Shown: piece by piece, positions 12,125-23,539 of the stretch
Position numbering within the stretch: position 1 is the first letter of the stretch
Layout of the letters: the number at the start of each line of letters is the position of its first letter
From: Octopus bimaculoides
Taxonomy: Eukaryota
DNA length: 64,000 nucleotides
Reading direction: 5' to 3'
Assembly (NCBI RefSeq): GCF_001194135.2
Contig: NC_068983.1
Coordinates: 72,352,020 to 72,416,019 of the forward strand
The notes under the pieces: model-generated
Database searches by the model: none
What the model was told of the DNA's origin: nothing
Seen by the model: only the letters and a program-made list of their open reading frames with translations
Program-made: the position numbers and the translations under genes

Positions 12125-12340
12125 ATTGGTTTCAAATTTTTGCACAAGACCAGCAATTTTAGGGATGGGGCTAGTTGATTACATCAACCCCAGTGCTCAA
12201 CTGGTACTTATTTTATTGACCCCAAAAGAATGAAAGGCAAAGTCAACCTTAGCAGAATTTGAACCCAGAACATAAAGACAGACAAAATACCACTAAGCAT
12301 TTTGCCTGGCATACCTAATGATTATGCCAGCTCACCACCT
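12125..12340 (-). mobile_element. tRNA-derived SINE family A
   Basis: Multi-copy in window; B-box-like gggttcaaattc on the minus strand. Confidence 0.85.
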
Positions 12341-12649
12341 AATGTATATTTTCATATTAACACTATATTTCAATAGTCAGATTGTTAAATGTGTACATGG
12401 ATTTAAAAAAATAGTTTTAGTAAAACTTTGATACATGGATTAAAATATATTGATTTTTCAAGCGCTCATGTTTTTTTCTTTTAATTAATTCATAATATAG
12501 CATTGTAGCAGTGTGTGACAATCTCACTATTATCTTTGATAGTATTATACCAAGACCTCGATTTTTTAAATATAGATAAAAATCTAAAGAGTCTTTTCAC
12601 ATAAGAAAAATATCAATTTTTCCCTATTTCTAAGGCAAATGCTTATACA

Positions 12650-12768
12650 TATGGTCTCAAGTAGTAAAGCTGCGTGAGGCACCTCGAAATCTTTTAGTAG
12701 TGCAGCTCACCTTATGATGAGCCCATATCGCATGTGGCCCACTGTTCAAAAAAGGTTGTCTATGGCTG
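12650..12768 (+). mobile_element. hAT-like right terminus
   Basis: gtggccc..aaaaaaggttgtctatggCTG followed by atgTAgag (nnnTAnnn target pattern). Confidence 0.45.
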
Positions 12769-13350
12769 ATGTAGAGGCTTCTTCATTAGTATAAGAAGGA
12801 GTTCTTTTTTAAAAGAAAAGAAACATTTTTTTAATGTTTACCTGCACTGAATGTACAAGATAGTGCTGTTAGGATAGTGGTGTAGTCATTTTGCAGGTTG
12901 AGTGAATGGGACTGGTAGTATTGTTAGGATAATGTTATAGTAATGTTCTGTGCTCCTACTAAATATATATGTATCTATGTGTATCAATATAAATATATAT
13001 GTATGGATGTATGTATGCATCTATGTATATAAAGTAGAGAGAGAGAGAGAGATGGATGCATATATACATATATTACTTACATCACTTCAAATGTAACAGC
13101 TAGATTTTTCAGTTCAGTGTATAGATTTTTTGTCATTTTAAATGATTATAACATAAAACCAACAGAACCATATGAATTCAATTATATAACTACATAAAAA
13201 TGGCCATGCAGTTCAACTGCATTTCCATCATTAAAATGTTCAGAATGTTTTCTAATGGAATATTCTATACAACCACTTTTTTTACACATTTCTTTTTACT
13301 TGCTGGTTGTATTAATGTATGTATACTCCTCTTTTGTTATATTCTATTAG

Positions 13351-13372
13351 CATTTAAAATAACAAGAAAAAT
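13351..13372 (+). CDS. Candidate micro-exon (22 nt, phase 1->2; AFKITRK)
   Basis: ctcctcttttgttatattctattAG|..|GTAAGC; phase bridges 2841-2887 and 13862-13911. Confidence 0.45.
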
Positions 13373-13861
13373 GTAAGCACTCTCCTAAACATCAAATGTT
13401 TTGATAATTGTGGATTAGCTAAGTTATGTTTTGCATCCAAAAATGTTTGGCAATTGCAATCCCGTAATAATAGAGTACCTACCTTGTTCTTTTATGGCAA
13501 CAGAATATATCTGCATATGACCTATGATAGTAGATAAATAGCTGTTGCTTTAATACAACAGACTGAAACTGCTTTATAGCAGCATTGGAGTAGATATTTG
13601 AGTAGCTTACTTAGTTCAACATGAATTAATGCTAAGGATTATTAATTGTACATGCACCAGTGACTGTGACTGGGCTGCCTGCAAACTTCTTCAAGCATTT
13701 TAACAAAGAATGCTCTCATCTGTTCCTCAAAATTATAGACATTGTTCAGACATAAAAATCTGTGCTAATTTAAAAACTCAAAGAATTATGTCACAAAATT
13801 CACTCATGTATAATTAGAAGAAGTTGTAATTCCAGCAGCAATTCTTTGATAGCAATTTCAG

Positions 13862-13911
13862 AATGCAACTGAGGAACTTTGATGCAGATATACTTGAAAT
13901 TCATTCAACTG
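13862..13911 (+). CDS. Candidate exon (50 nt, phase 2->1; MQLRNFDADILEIHST)
   Basis: aatttcAG|..CTG|GTAAGA; only one frame is open. Confidence 0.5.
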
Positions 13912-15464
13912 GTAAGAAATATTTTCACCAAAATTATTAGCACCCAACAGGTAGTAGAATATACTGAATGAACATTTTTTCAGACCATTAGTGAGATCTC
14001 TTTGCTGAAGACAGATGCTAGATATTAAATGAAGATTCAACGGTTTATAATGGAGATAGAACTGTAAATTTTGGAGTATAATTTGTACTCATTAAATATT
14101 AACATAATATAATGATAGTGCTGTATAAAGAGTGTATTTGCAATAATTGTATGATTTATAAATCAAAATTAATAGTAAATTGATTATTTCATTCAATTCA
14201 ATTGTGATGAGAAATGCCTGATATATTGATAGGATAGAGGTGAATGTGAGGTACTAAAGAGTTTTGGGCTAAGCCTAAGCCTAAGCAGAATCTTTCACTA
14301 CTGACAGTTTTTGGTCATATTGCCCAACTTAGAACAACATATTTTATAATGAGGTAAAATGGAGATTATTATTGTTTTCACAGACCACAAAAACATGCAG
14401 AAATAGAAATACATCAACCTAGTCTCATTAAAATCCATCAAAAACTATGTGTCTCTTAAAAACTATCTTAATAGGATAATGTACTTCTTAATAAAAGACC
14501 TAGCTAAGCTTGCATCACAAAATTTGGTTATTTTAAGAGTCATAACAAAACTTTGAATCTAAATTTTATCTGACTTAATACAAGATATAATTTCATACTG
14601 CTTTTAGGTATTCATTACATACACATCCTGAGCCAAATCCAAATAAATTCCATTCATATTAAATTCTATATATAAAGTTGTTGAGCGATATCACCAATTC
14701 TAGATAAGAATACCAATTATTTACAAGCATTACTCTTAAAATGATTTGAATTTAGCACTCCAATCATACTCTAGCTCCAGTTTTCCAGTGGCTAGGTATA
14801 GCCTCTCATACTAGCTGATTACATCTATATGTTTAGGCCTCTAAGCATTAATTCTCTTAGCAACAGACTTTGAGAAATTATAAAATATGAGTCATAACCC
14901 TTTAGCAATCAGGTCTCAGTAAATCATGATATTGGAAGTCAAGCTAGTAAAATATTATAGATTTTTCTTGTTTGGAAATATGAATGAAAGAAAAGTAGAA
15001 AAGACAAAACAGAAAAGGATAAATATTTTCTAGAATGGAAATCAGAATTTTCAAAAGTAATTATTTATGTCAAAACTAGAATTTCCTCAAGTATTGAGAA
15101 GTGTTATGGTCAATTAGCCATGCTAAATTTTTATGTACTTGAATTCTTATTAACATTTTATTTAAATATATTTTCAATAAAATCTCACAAATGGCAAGGC
15201 TTCTTCAAAATTCCTGAATGAGGATCTAAGTAAATCTAATGTAAAAACAAAAAGGGGTTGATAAACAAAGACTCAACTAATCCCAGTTACAAAACAAGAG
15301 AGCAAAAGTGGGAAAACAACTTATTGATATTTACAATGCTATTTAAGGTTGATTTCCATTTATAGTATGAGGGAGAAAGGGAAAGGAACGGCCAAACAAT
15401 TCCATTATCAATATCTTCATCATTGTTGCTGCCACAATCAACAAGTCTTATACATTAAGCCAAC

Positions 15465-15665
15465 AACAGAGCAACAAGATGGTTACTCAACCTGCATGAA
15501 ATAACAGCCAAATTACTTTTAAATAACACCCTACTGTCTTTACAAAAGAAGGATCATTGGATACTGTTGCTCAAGATAAACAAAACCAAAAAAAAAAAAA
15601 ATACAAGATGCAGAGAACCCTTTTGATCAAAGGCCTGCTTGATCACACTTAACCTCAAGTTAAAG
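15465..15665 (+). mobile_element. Family E repeat copy
   Basis: aaataacagccaaattac..acaccctactgtc..ttttgatcaaaggcctgc. Confidence 0.55.
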
Positions 15666-16265
15666 AACATCAACAATTCTTATAGAGCTGGCATATCTAA
15701 AGTCCAGTTTCCTTGTCAGCCTGCCAGAAATCTGATGACACATCACATGCATATATTACTTGAATTAGCAGTTAGTACTCAGTTCTCATTGACTTTCTTC
15801 AAACAAACTGATACTATTTTTCTGTTCCAAATTACTGACTAACAAGTACTTAGATTTTTGCTATGCTGTCTTTTAAGTTAGATGACACTTTTAAGTTAGA
15901 TAGACTTCTGGGATTGATATAAGAAATTTGAGTAAGTAACAAATTCTTGCTTTATGATATTTCATTCCCTACATCATAATTTTTATTCAAATTGATTAGC
16001 AGTTAATTTTGTCCTTCTTCCTTCCAGAATTAGTGAATGAAGTACTACAGTTATTTAAAGAACAAACAGGAGTATTGTTTTACATGCAGAGATTTTATGC
16101 TTATTATAAAAAATATATAAATGAAATAAAAAATATTGCTAAACAATTTTATCATTCCATGATCAGAAAATACTACTTGCAACACTCAGAAAAATTGATT
16201 CCCATCTTCCACTGGATTTTATTTTTTCCATTTTTTTTTTTTTTTGAAATGATAATAACAATACT

Positions 16266-16470
16266 TTCTATTAAAGGCACAAGGCCCAAAATTTTGGGGA
16301 AGGGTCTAGTCAATTATATCAACCCCAGTGTTCCTGGCACTTAATTTATCGACCCCAAAAGGAAGAAAGGCAAAGTCAACCTCAGCAGAATTTGAACTCA
16401 GAATGTAAGGACAGGCAAAATGGCACTAAGCATTTTGCCCAGTGTGCTAACAATTCTGCCAGCTCACCAT
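16266..16470 (-). mobile_element. SINE family A
   Basis: Multi-copy similarity. Confidence 0.85.
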
Positions 16471-16485
16471 ATTATTATTATTATT

Positions 16486-16635
16486 AGACCAGATATAGTT
16501 GTCAAAGATCATGAAGAAAAAAAATGCTTTCTAATTGATGTATCAATACCAGCAGATGACAACCACAGCACATACCCAAGGCGCACAGAGCTGCGCTCGG
16601 TAGTGAAGTGAAAGCACGTTATAAAAATAAAACTA

Positions 16636-16640
<5 letters not shown>
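16486..16640 (+). mobile_element. R4/Dong-like fragment (RLE endonuclease motif plus 3' UTR-like end)
   Basis: RPDIVVKDHEEKKCFLIDVSIPADDN (PD..D core), flanked by (TTA)n and (AAT)n. Confidence 0.7.
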
Positions 16641-16676
<36 letters not shown>

Positions 16677-16677
<1 letters not shown>

Positions 16678-16880
16678 CCTTTCTACTACAGGCACAAGGT
16701 CTGAAATTTTGAGGGAGGGGTTAAGTTGATTACATCTATCCCAGCACTCAACTGGTACTTAATTTATTGACCATGAAAGGATGAAAGGCAAAGTTATCCT
16801 CAGCAGGATTTGAACTCAGAGTGTAAGAAGCCATAAAAATACTGCTAAGCATTTTGCTGGATATGCTAATGGTTTTGCCA
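16677..16880 (-). mobile_element. SINE family A
   Basis: Multi-copy similarity. Confidence 0.85.
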
Positions 16881-16905
16881 ATAATAATAAAAATATAACA
16901 AATAA

Positions 16906-17648
16906 ATGGCAAATATGTGGCCCATCACAAACAAACTGATGTTGACCATGAGCACAGCCATCAGTGGCCACAAAGCTCAGGGCTAAAGGTAGAGAGTTAA
17001 AGCTTCATCTTATCTAATCAAGATCAAAGCTTATTGACCCAGAACTATCAAGCCAATGTGATGAAAAATGCAATAGATCCAAAGTTCCGATTCTACAATG
17101 ATGGGATTGAAACAGTGGACAACTTAATCTCTTGATGTCAAGTTTTAGCGCCAGTAGAGTATAAATCAAGACATGACAGAATTTGCCAATATCTACACTG
17201 GTTAATATGTCAGCATTATAAAATCAAAATATTGACAAGTGGTTATAAACATCACCCTCGGTTGTAACTCAGGAAGAAAATGTAATGGTTCTTTAGAACC
17301 TTCCAGTACATACAGACAGAAACATCAAAGCTAATGAACCAGAGAGTGTTGTAAAAAACCGATAGAATAAAATCTTTTTCATTGACATGAAAATCCTTTG
17401 TGATCATATTGCAGCAAAAGAATTTGACAAGCTCAAAAATTATAAAGATTTGCTTACTGAAATTGAAAAAATATGGCATCTCAAGGTGGTTACATACAAT
17501 ACCAGTGATTGTAGGAGCATTTAGGACGATAAAAAAAGAAACTGAAAATTATTTGAGAATGTTCTCTAGCTTACCATCCCTGAAAGAAGTGAAAAAGTTT
17601 CTTTTAACTGGTACATCACATGTATGGAGAAGAGCATTGTTGCCGTGA
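16906..17648 (+). pseudogene. R4/Dong-like non-LTR retrotransposon C-terminus (CCHC-like + RLE)
   Basis: SFILSNQDQSLLTQNY..IETVDNLIS*CQVLAPVEYKSRHDRICQYLHWLIC..IPVIVGAFRTIKK..LLTGTSHVWRRAL; frameshifted. Confidence 0.88.
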
Positions 17649-17809
17649 GAATGATTACCTTCCATGCAAATAATTTTCTTCAGCATAACTTTTATTTTGC
17701 AAATGAACAATCTGGTATGTTTATTTTAATAGCTTGTCAATGTACGCAGCGAGTTTCTTTACCTTAAGCATCAGGAAAATACTCAGCAAGGAATGGAAAC
17801 AAAATTGAA

Positions 17810-17912
17810 GGAAGAAGAAGATGATGATGATGATGATGATGATGATGAGGATGATGATGATGATGATGATGATAATGATGATGATGATGATGATAATGAT
17901 GATGATGATAAT
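17810..17912. repeat. (GAA)n/(GAT)n microsatellite
   Basis: Directly visible. Confidence 0.97.
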
Positions 17913-17916
17913 AATT

Positions 17917-18457
17917 GCCCTGACGCAGTACCAGGCACTGACTCTCATGGCTTCTGATCTTAACTGATTGGAAGTGTTATCATGTACATGTTTTGTCTTG
18001 GTATAAAAAATGGGCTACAGCAAATATTCAGCTCAATTCCACAGATTTGCTTGTCAGTTGTTTCACCTTAACCAGTTGAGCATGTCCATTGATGATATGT
18101 GCATGTCTAATCATGAACAGAGGTAGCGGGGAGTATCATAGCCATGTGCTGAGATAAATTCTTTGGAGTTTGAATAATTCACCTCTGGAGACATTTGTGT
18201 TTTGTTCAACATCCTTAAACTTTATTCAAGGACCTTTTGAGTGAGGTGGGCTACTCAACCTGAAGAAAATCCTAACTGGGCCCCACCTGCAAAGTCATGC
18301 ACTGTTTACCTCGATTTGAGATCACCATGTCACACACATATGGTTGTGATACATGTGCCTGGTGTACCTTTATCAGACAGGTAGTCATGATGGAATACTT
18401 GGCTTAATATATTTGTACCCCAGTGTCACTTTCATGGCATGCACTGCACTCTCACTC
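17917..18457. mobile_element. Unclassified ~540-bp interspersed-repeat-like segment
   Basis: GC-richer block bounded by (GAT)n and (AAT)n; single copy in this window; recalled as a common octopus repeat but not verified. Confidence 0.4.
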
Positions 18458-18471
18458 AATAATAATAATAT

Positions 18472-19489
18472 AGAAAATCCAGGAAAGTGATGACAACAAG
18501 GGACTGCACCAACATGCGATACTGATAGACTGTATGTGCTTAGGAACAAGGGAGGAAGAGGCATCATTGGATGCAAGATCTGTGTTGCCAGCAAGTACAA
18601 TCTGGGATGCTACATCAATCAGCAGAGTGAATCTTTGCTTGCTGCTGTTTGAAATAACATGATACCTACAGAAACTGTAGTGCACCTAAAAAAACATTTA
18701 AGAAACAAGATGATGAACAAAGAATAAACAACTGGAAAATGAAAACAATGCATAGGCAATACCTCAGAGAAATCAAAAAGAAAGACAAGGTAAACATCTG
18801 AAGATGACTAAGAAAAAGTGATCCAAAAGGATACACTGAGGCACTGATATGCAGCACCCAGGAACAAGATCTGAGAACTAATGACACCAAGTTCCAAACA
18901 GATAAGAGCAGTGAAGTGCCCCTTTGTAAGATGTGTGGCAGCAAAAACGAAACAATCTCATATCTTTGAGTGAGTGTAGCAAGCTGGCCCAAAAACACTA
19001 CAACTGGAGACACAATAATGTGGCTACGTTTATTCACTGGAGACTGTGTGTAAAGTACAGTCTGGGCAGAGCAAAGAAATGGTACAAACATGAACCAGAA
19101 GGCGTCACTCAGATCAATGAATATAAGATCCTGTGGGGATTTTACAATCCAGTGTGATTTGCTAATCGATGCTCAGAGATCAGACATGGTGGAGAAAAGA
19201 AGAAAGGAAACCAAGATCATAGATATTACCATACCTGGGGATGCATACATAGATGACAAAGAGCTGGAAAAGAGGGAGAAATATAGACTACTAAAAGACA
19301 CAATTGCAAGAATGTGGTCAATGAGGAGAATAACTGTTATCCCAGAACTTATAAGGACACTCGGTGCACTAACAACCAGGTTTGAGAAATATGTCAGAGA
19401 AACTGGAATTGACATGAGGGCAGAGCAGGCCTAAAAACAATGCTCTGATGAGGACAGCAAGGATTTTGAGATTGGTGCTTAGGTGTTGA
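18472..19489 (+). pseudogene. Second R4/Dong-like family, C-terminal region
   Basis: DRLYVLRNKGGRG..EALICSTQEQDLRTN..LCKMCGSKNETI..ECSKLAQKHYNWRHNNVATFIHWRLC..WYKHEPEGV..KILW/DFTIQCD..IIDITIPGD..EKYRLLK. Confidence 0.9.
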
Positions 19490-19819
19490 GTACCTTCCAC
19501 GATAAGTTAACATCTAGATGCCAAAGCTTATAATTTGCAGAAAGAGACCCTGTGAACCCTCTGACAACAGATTGTTGTCTGCTCTCACAGAATCAACCAG
19601 AGCAAGTAAGACAGAGTTCTGAGAAGTAAAATAATAATTAACAAAAGCAATCAGAGAGCACAAACTACCACCAAAGCAACACCAATGTCCTCTCAACGAT
19701 TAACCAGAGATGATTTTTAAAATGAGAATATCTGAAATAAACTCAACTGCTCTCACAAATGAGAATACTAAAAATAATAAAAAACCTGACTGCTCTCAAA
19801 ACTTACGCCAAAAAACTGG

Positions 19820-20240
19820 AAAGATAATCCAGAATCCTTATCCGGTACCTGATCAATCCCAATGGTAGTCATGGAATGTGAAGGTGGCTGTAGAAAATTT
19901 AGTAACAGTTATACATAGCTTATCCTTATCTAATACAAGCCAAAGTTAACAAATTCAGCATTCAAAATAGTTACAGCCTAAAGGGAGATAACTAAGAAAG
20001 ACTTGAAAGTTAACATAAGATCGTAATCATGTAAAGTAAATATAACAAATAATCCAGAATCCTTGTCCGATATCAGATTGATCATAAAACCTATTCCGTT
20101 CGTGCCAGTCACAAGTCCAACCACCCTGAAAGTTTCATCTGACTCCATCCAGCAGTTCTTGAGATATCTTGTCCACAGACAAACAAATAAACCCAATTGA
20201 AAACAATAACTCTGCCTTCGCTAAGGCAAAGGTAATAATA
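19820..20240 (+). mobile_element. Helentron/HINE-like non-autonomous element (tentative)
   Basis: Terminal hairpin ctctgcctt-cgct-aaggcaaag (20210-20231) before gtaataa, (caaa)n tract, internal duplication ataatccagaatcctt. Confidence 0.4.
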
Positions 20241-20267
20241 AAAGTTTCTAATTTAAGCACAAAGCAA

Positions 20268-20725
20268 ACAATTTTGACAGGAAGGATCAGTCAGTCCCAT
20301 CAATCCCAGTACTTGATTGTTACTTTATCAACACCAAGAATGAAAAACAAAATTAACCTCAGTAGGGTTGGAAGAAACACTGTAAAGCATTTATTCCAAT
20401 TCTCTAAGGATGCAATCTTTTAGTTGAATGGGATTATAGGTGTGTGTGGGAGAGGAGCTTATATTTACATAGGATGGTTGAAAAAAAATATCTTACAACA
20501 TCTGCTTGTTCTCAGGTTATGTCGTTTTGCACAGAGAGATCTGGCATGAATGCTTACAACAGAGTGGGCTCCACTAAAAGTAACCCAAGAACTAGATAGT
20601 GATGTTAAATCAGGTGAACCAGTCAAGTAGGCCATGATGGGATTTGAACACAAAACACAAAGCACCAGAACAAATATCACAAGCATATAGTTTGACATTC
20701 TAACAATTCTGCCAATCCGCTAGCT
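20268..20725 (-). mobile_element. Two degenerate SINE family A copies (about 20268-20410 and 20560-20725)
   Basis: Partial similarity to family A. Confidence 0.55.
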
Positions 20726-20792
20726 TGGATTGGTACTTTTTTTTTGCTAGCTCCACAATAGGAAAGACAAATTTGACTTCAGTGTGGTTTAA

Positions 20793-21203
20793 CCCTTTAA
20801 GCATTCAGATTAATTTATCAAATTTCCTTATTTATCAACATTTAAAAAAATTAACCAGGTAGTATCTAGTAGCTTCAAGATCTTGAAGATATTCTTTCTT
20901 TCCTATGTTTCAGCCCTGAGGCAGAGACCATGCTAGGGCATCGCCATTGTAATCACCTTTTAATTGGCCAATTCTATGGGTCTGACTTTTTGCATTTCTT
21001 TAGGAGGATTGCTGGGAATCTGTCAGGGCATGTTGCTGAGTTTGTGCTCATATCATCAATGGCTGATATCACATCAGTTTCCCCTAACTGCTTATTTTTA
21101 GAATAACATTGTAGGTTAGGTGTGAGTGGCTGGATCTGGCCAGTTTCAATATAAAACAGGTAAAATATTTGGGCTGGATATGGCTGGTTTAAATGCTAAA
21201 GGG
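20793..21203. mobile_element. piggyBac-like MITE with TTAA TSD
   Basis: TTAA|CCCTTTaagcatt ... aatgctAAAGGG|TTAA. Confidence 0.8.
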
Positions 21204-21409
21204 TTAAACTCAGAGGGAGCTATGTAGATCAAATTCTGAATTCAGCAGAAAAGAATAAAACACATCAAAATGCAATGTGCAAAATCAAAATTTCAATTTT
21301 ATCAATGTCTTTATTTTATAATGTTATGGTATTTAAAGAGAAAATTTGACAACAATTACACTTGTAATTTAATGACTGAAGTCTTTGAATTTTATCTAAA
21401 TATTGCTTT

Positions 21410-21625
21410 CCTTATCAGTTAGCGGAAGGTCAGGCCTGATTGAGAAGACCAACAATTATTGGCATGTCACCATAACCAACTTGTCTATTTATGTATCCAG
21501 AATACACTATTCTATATGACCTGCCATTTTATGAGAAAATACAGTGTGATTTGAGGGAGATTTTGCTGCTATTTCTAGTAAGTCAAGTAAGTATGTAGTC
21601 TCCTTCTCTGGCTGCCAACATTATA
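21410..21625 (-). mobile_element. Family E repeat copy
   Basis: gtgtgatttgagggagattttgctgctatttctag. Confidence 0.55.
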
Positions 21626-21988
21626 TCCTTGTTTACTTTAGAGTAGAGGAAGTATAAAGCTTTTACAATCATTTCTATGCAAGAGACAAATTTAATTCTC
21701 CTTCAATCCTTAAGTTTGGTTCCCAGTCTTATTGTTACATAAAAAGTATAGAAAAGCTAACATTAATAGAAAATAATATCATCTAAGAAATTTACTTTCC
21801 AAACATTTTTTCAACCAGAGGCTGGAATAATAATAATAACAACAACAACAACAGCTACATCAATAACAACAAAGGTTGTAAATGATGTGTAGTAAATAGG
21901 AAAAAATAACTAAGAGCATAAAGATGCTGAAATTTTAAGATTATTATCTTATATTCATGTACTTCCGTGCGTAGTAATTTCATTTGTA

Positions 21989-22018
21989 GTGTATCATTCT
22001 CCAAAAGTAACTTGGTTC
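21989..22018 (+). CDS. Candidate micro-exon (30 nt, phase 1->1; VYHSPKVTWF)
   Basis: aatttcattgtAG|..TCA|GTGAGG; in frame with 13862-13911. Confidence 0.35.
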
Positions 22019-22235
22019 AGTGAGGACACATTCCATATGTCCAAGAAATAAATGCAAATAACATTTGTGAAAAATAATTCAGTATCATACTAAAAAACAT
22101 AACAGACAAGCATTGAAAGGAACTTATCAACAACAGAATCATTAAAAAAACATCTATGTTTGAAAACACAAATTTTCTTCAGTTGGAGTATCCATTCACC
22201 ATCCAAATAACAACATTGTTGCTAATAAATATGGT

Positions 22236-22367
<132 letters not shown>

Positions 22368-22690
22368 CTTTACCATTTTTCCCAAATATTGTGTACTCTG
22401 TACATTACAGAATATTTTGATTTTTATCTTGAGTTTATCCCTTTATTGTATGTAGCATCCAAAAAAATGTCTTTCTAAATATACATTTTATTTATGTGAG
22501 ATGGTAATTTTCTGTATAGTTTCATCATCAATGTCTTTATTGACAAGTAATTGCCAGGAGATATAAGAGAAGTTTAAGTGGCAAACACTCAAACTGACAT
22601 CTACTAGCGAAAAGAGTAAAAGATGTCACTGTGTCACTAAAATCTGCACTTGAGCACACATTAAGATTACACACAAGGAGCCTGAGAAGA

Positions 22691-22740
22691 GACTGACTAG
22701 TTTCAGCTAGTTATGTCCACCTCATCAGATATATGCAGTC
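22691..22740 (-). ncRNA. Degenerate minimal type I hammerhead ribozyme motif
   Basis: Minus strand gact-gcatatat-CTGATGA-ggtggacataactagct-GAAA-ctag-TC-agtc. The core is intact and ACTAGT is palindromic; stems I and II are damaged. Confidence 0.55.
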
Positions 22741-22864
22741 ATATTTGACCTCCAAAGGGAGGAAACAGCTTAAGGCTTACTTATAAAATATGCAATGAGT
22801 AACAGGCTCCAATTTTATCATCTGCATATTAGTGCATTCACTAATTAAAAAATAAAGGATAAAG

Positions 22865-23108
22865 ATCCTTCCCAAGTCATACTGATGCATAGGGCTAGTT
22901 TCCTGGTATCCATGGTGCATATAAATCCTTCTAGACAGGATGCTAGTCTGTCACAATATTATTCATTTTTTTCCAGCTGAGGGGACAGGAGCAACATGAA
23001 ATGAAGTGTTTTGTTCAAAAACATAATCCACCACCCAGTCCAGGAATCAAAATCATAATCTTACAATCATGAGTCCAACACTCTAACCACTAAGCCATCT
23101 ACCTCAAC
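22865..23108 (-). mobile_element. tRNA-derived SINE (family D)
   Basis: Minus strand tggcttagtggttagagtgttggactcatgattgtaag..gattcctggac followed by CORE-like gtttttgaacaaaacacttcatttc. Confidence 0.7.
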
Positions 23109-23539
23109 ACATTCACTGAGAATGTGTATTAATGACTAAAGTAAAATACTGAAACAGTGGTGAGCGGATAACTATAAATGAGTGCATATACATAAGCTGA
23201 ATGAACATACATTCAGCTTAGCTGTCTAAACAGACCTTGTGGTTAAACCAGAGGGCACTCTCTGCAGAATGACCCTAAAGACAAGCTCAAGTAGTTCCTG
23301 TCTTGCAAGAAATATCCATTCAAGTTCCCTATTCAGAGAAGGCAAGAAAGCAACACATTGCAAAAAAAAATGCAACAAGTAACAGACACTAATTTTATTT
23401 ATTTGTATGTCACTGAATTCACTAGCAGCTTTCCAATGACATGGTTCTGGATTCAGTCCCACTGTGTGGCACAGTTACAGTTGCTTTGAAATTGTGTGAC
23501 ATAGTTTCAAAATAATTTCCCCAGCTTCTATAAGCAACC

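Noticed and set aside
14269-14286. (CTAAGC)3 telomere-like motif
   Set aside because: Only three units; consistent with chance or slippage
13351-22018. Resemblance of KITRKIMQLRNF..KVTW to the RasGEF (CDC25) motif, or to FAM227
   Set aside because: Spacing and key conserved residues do not fit; no gene symbol assigned
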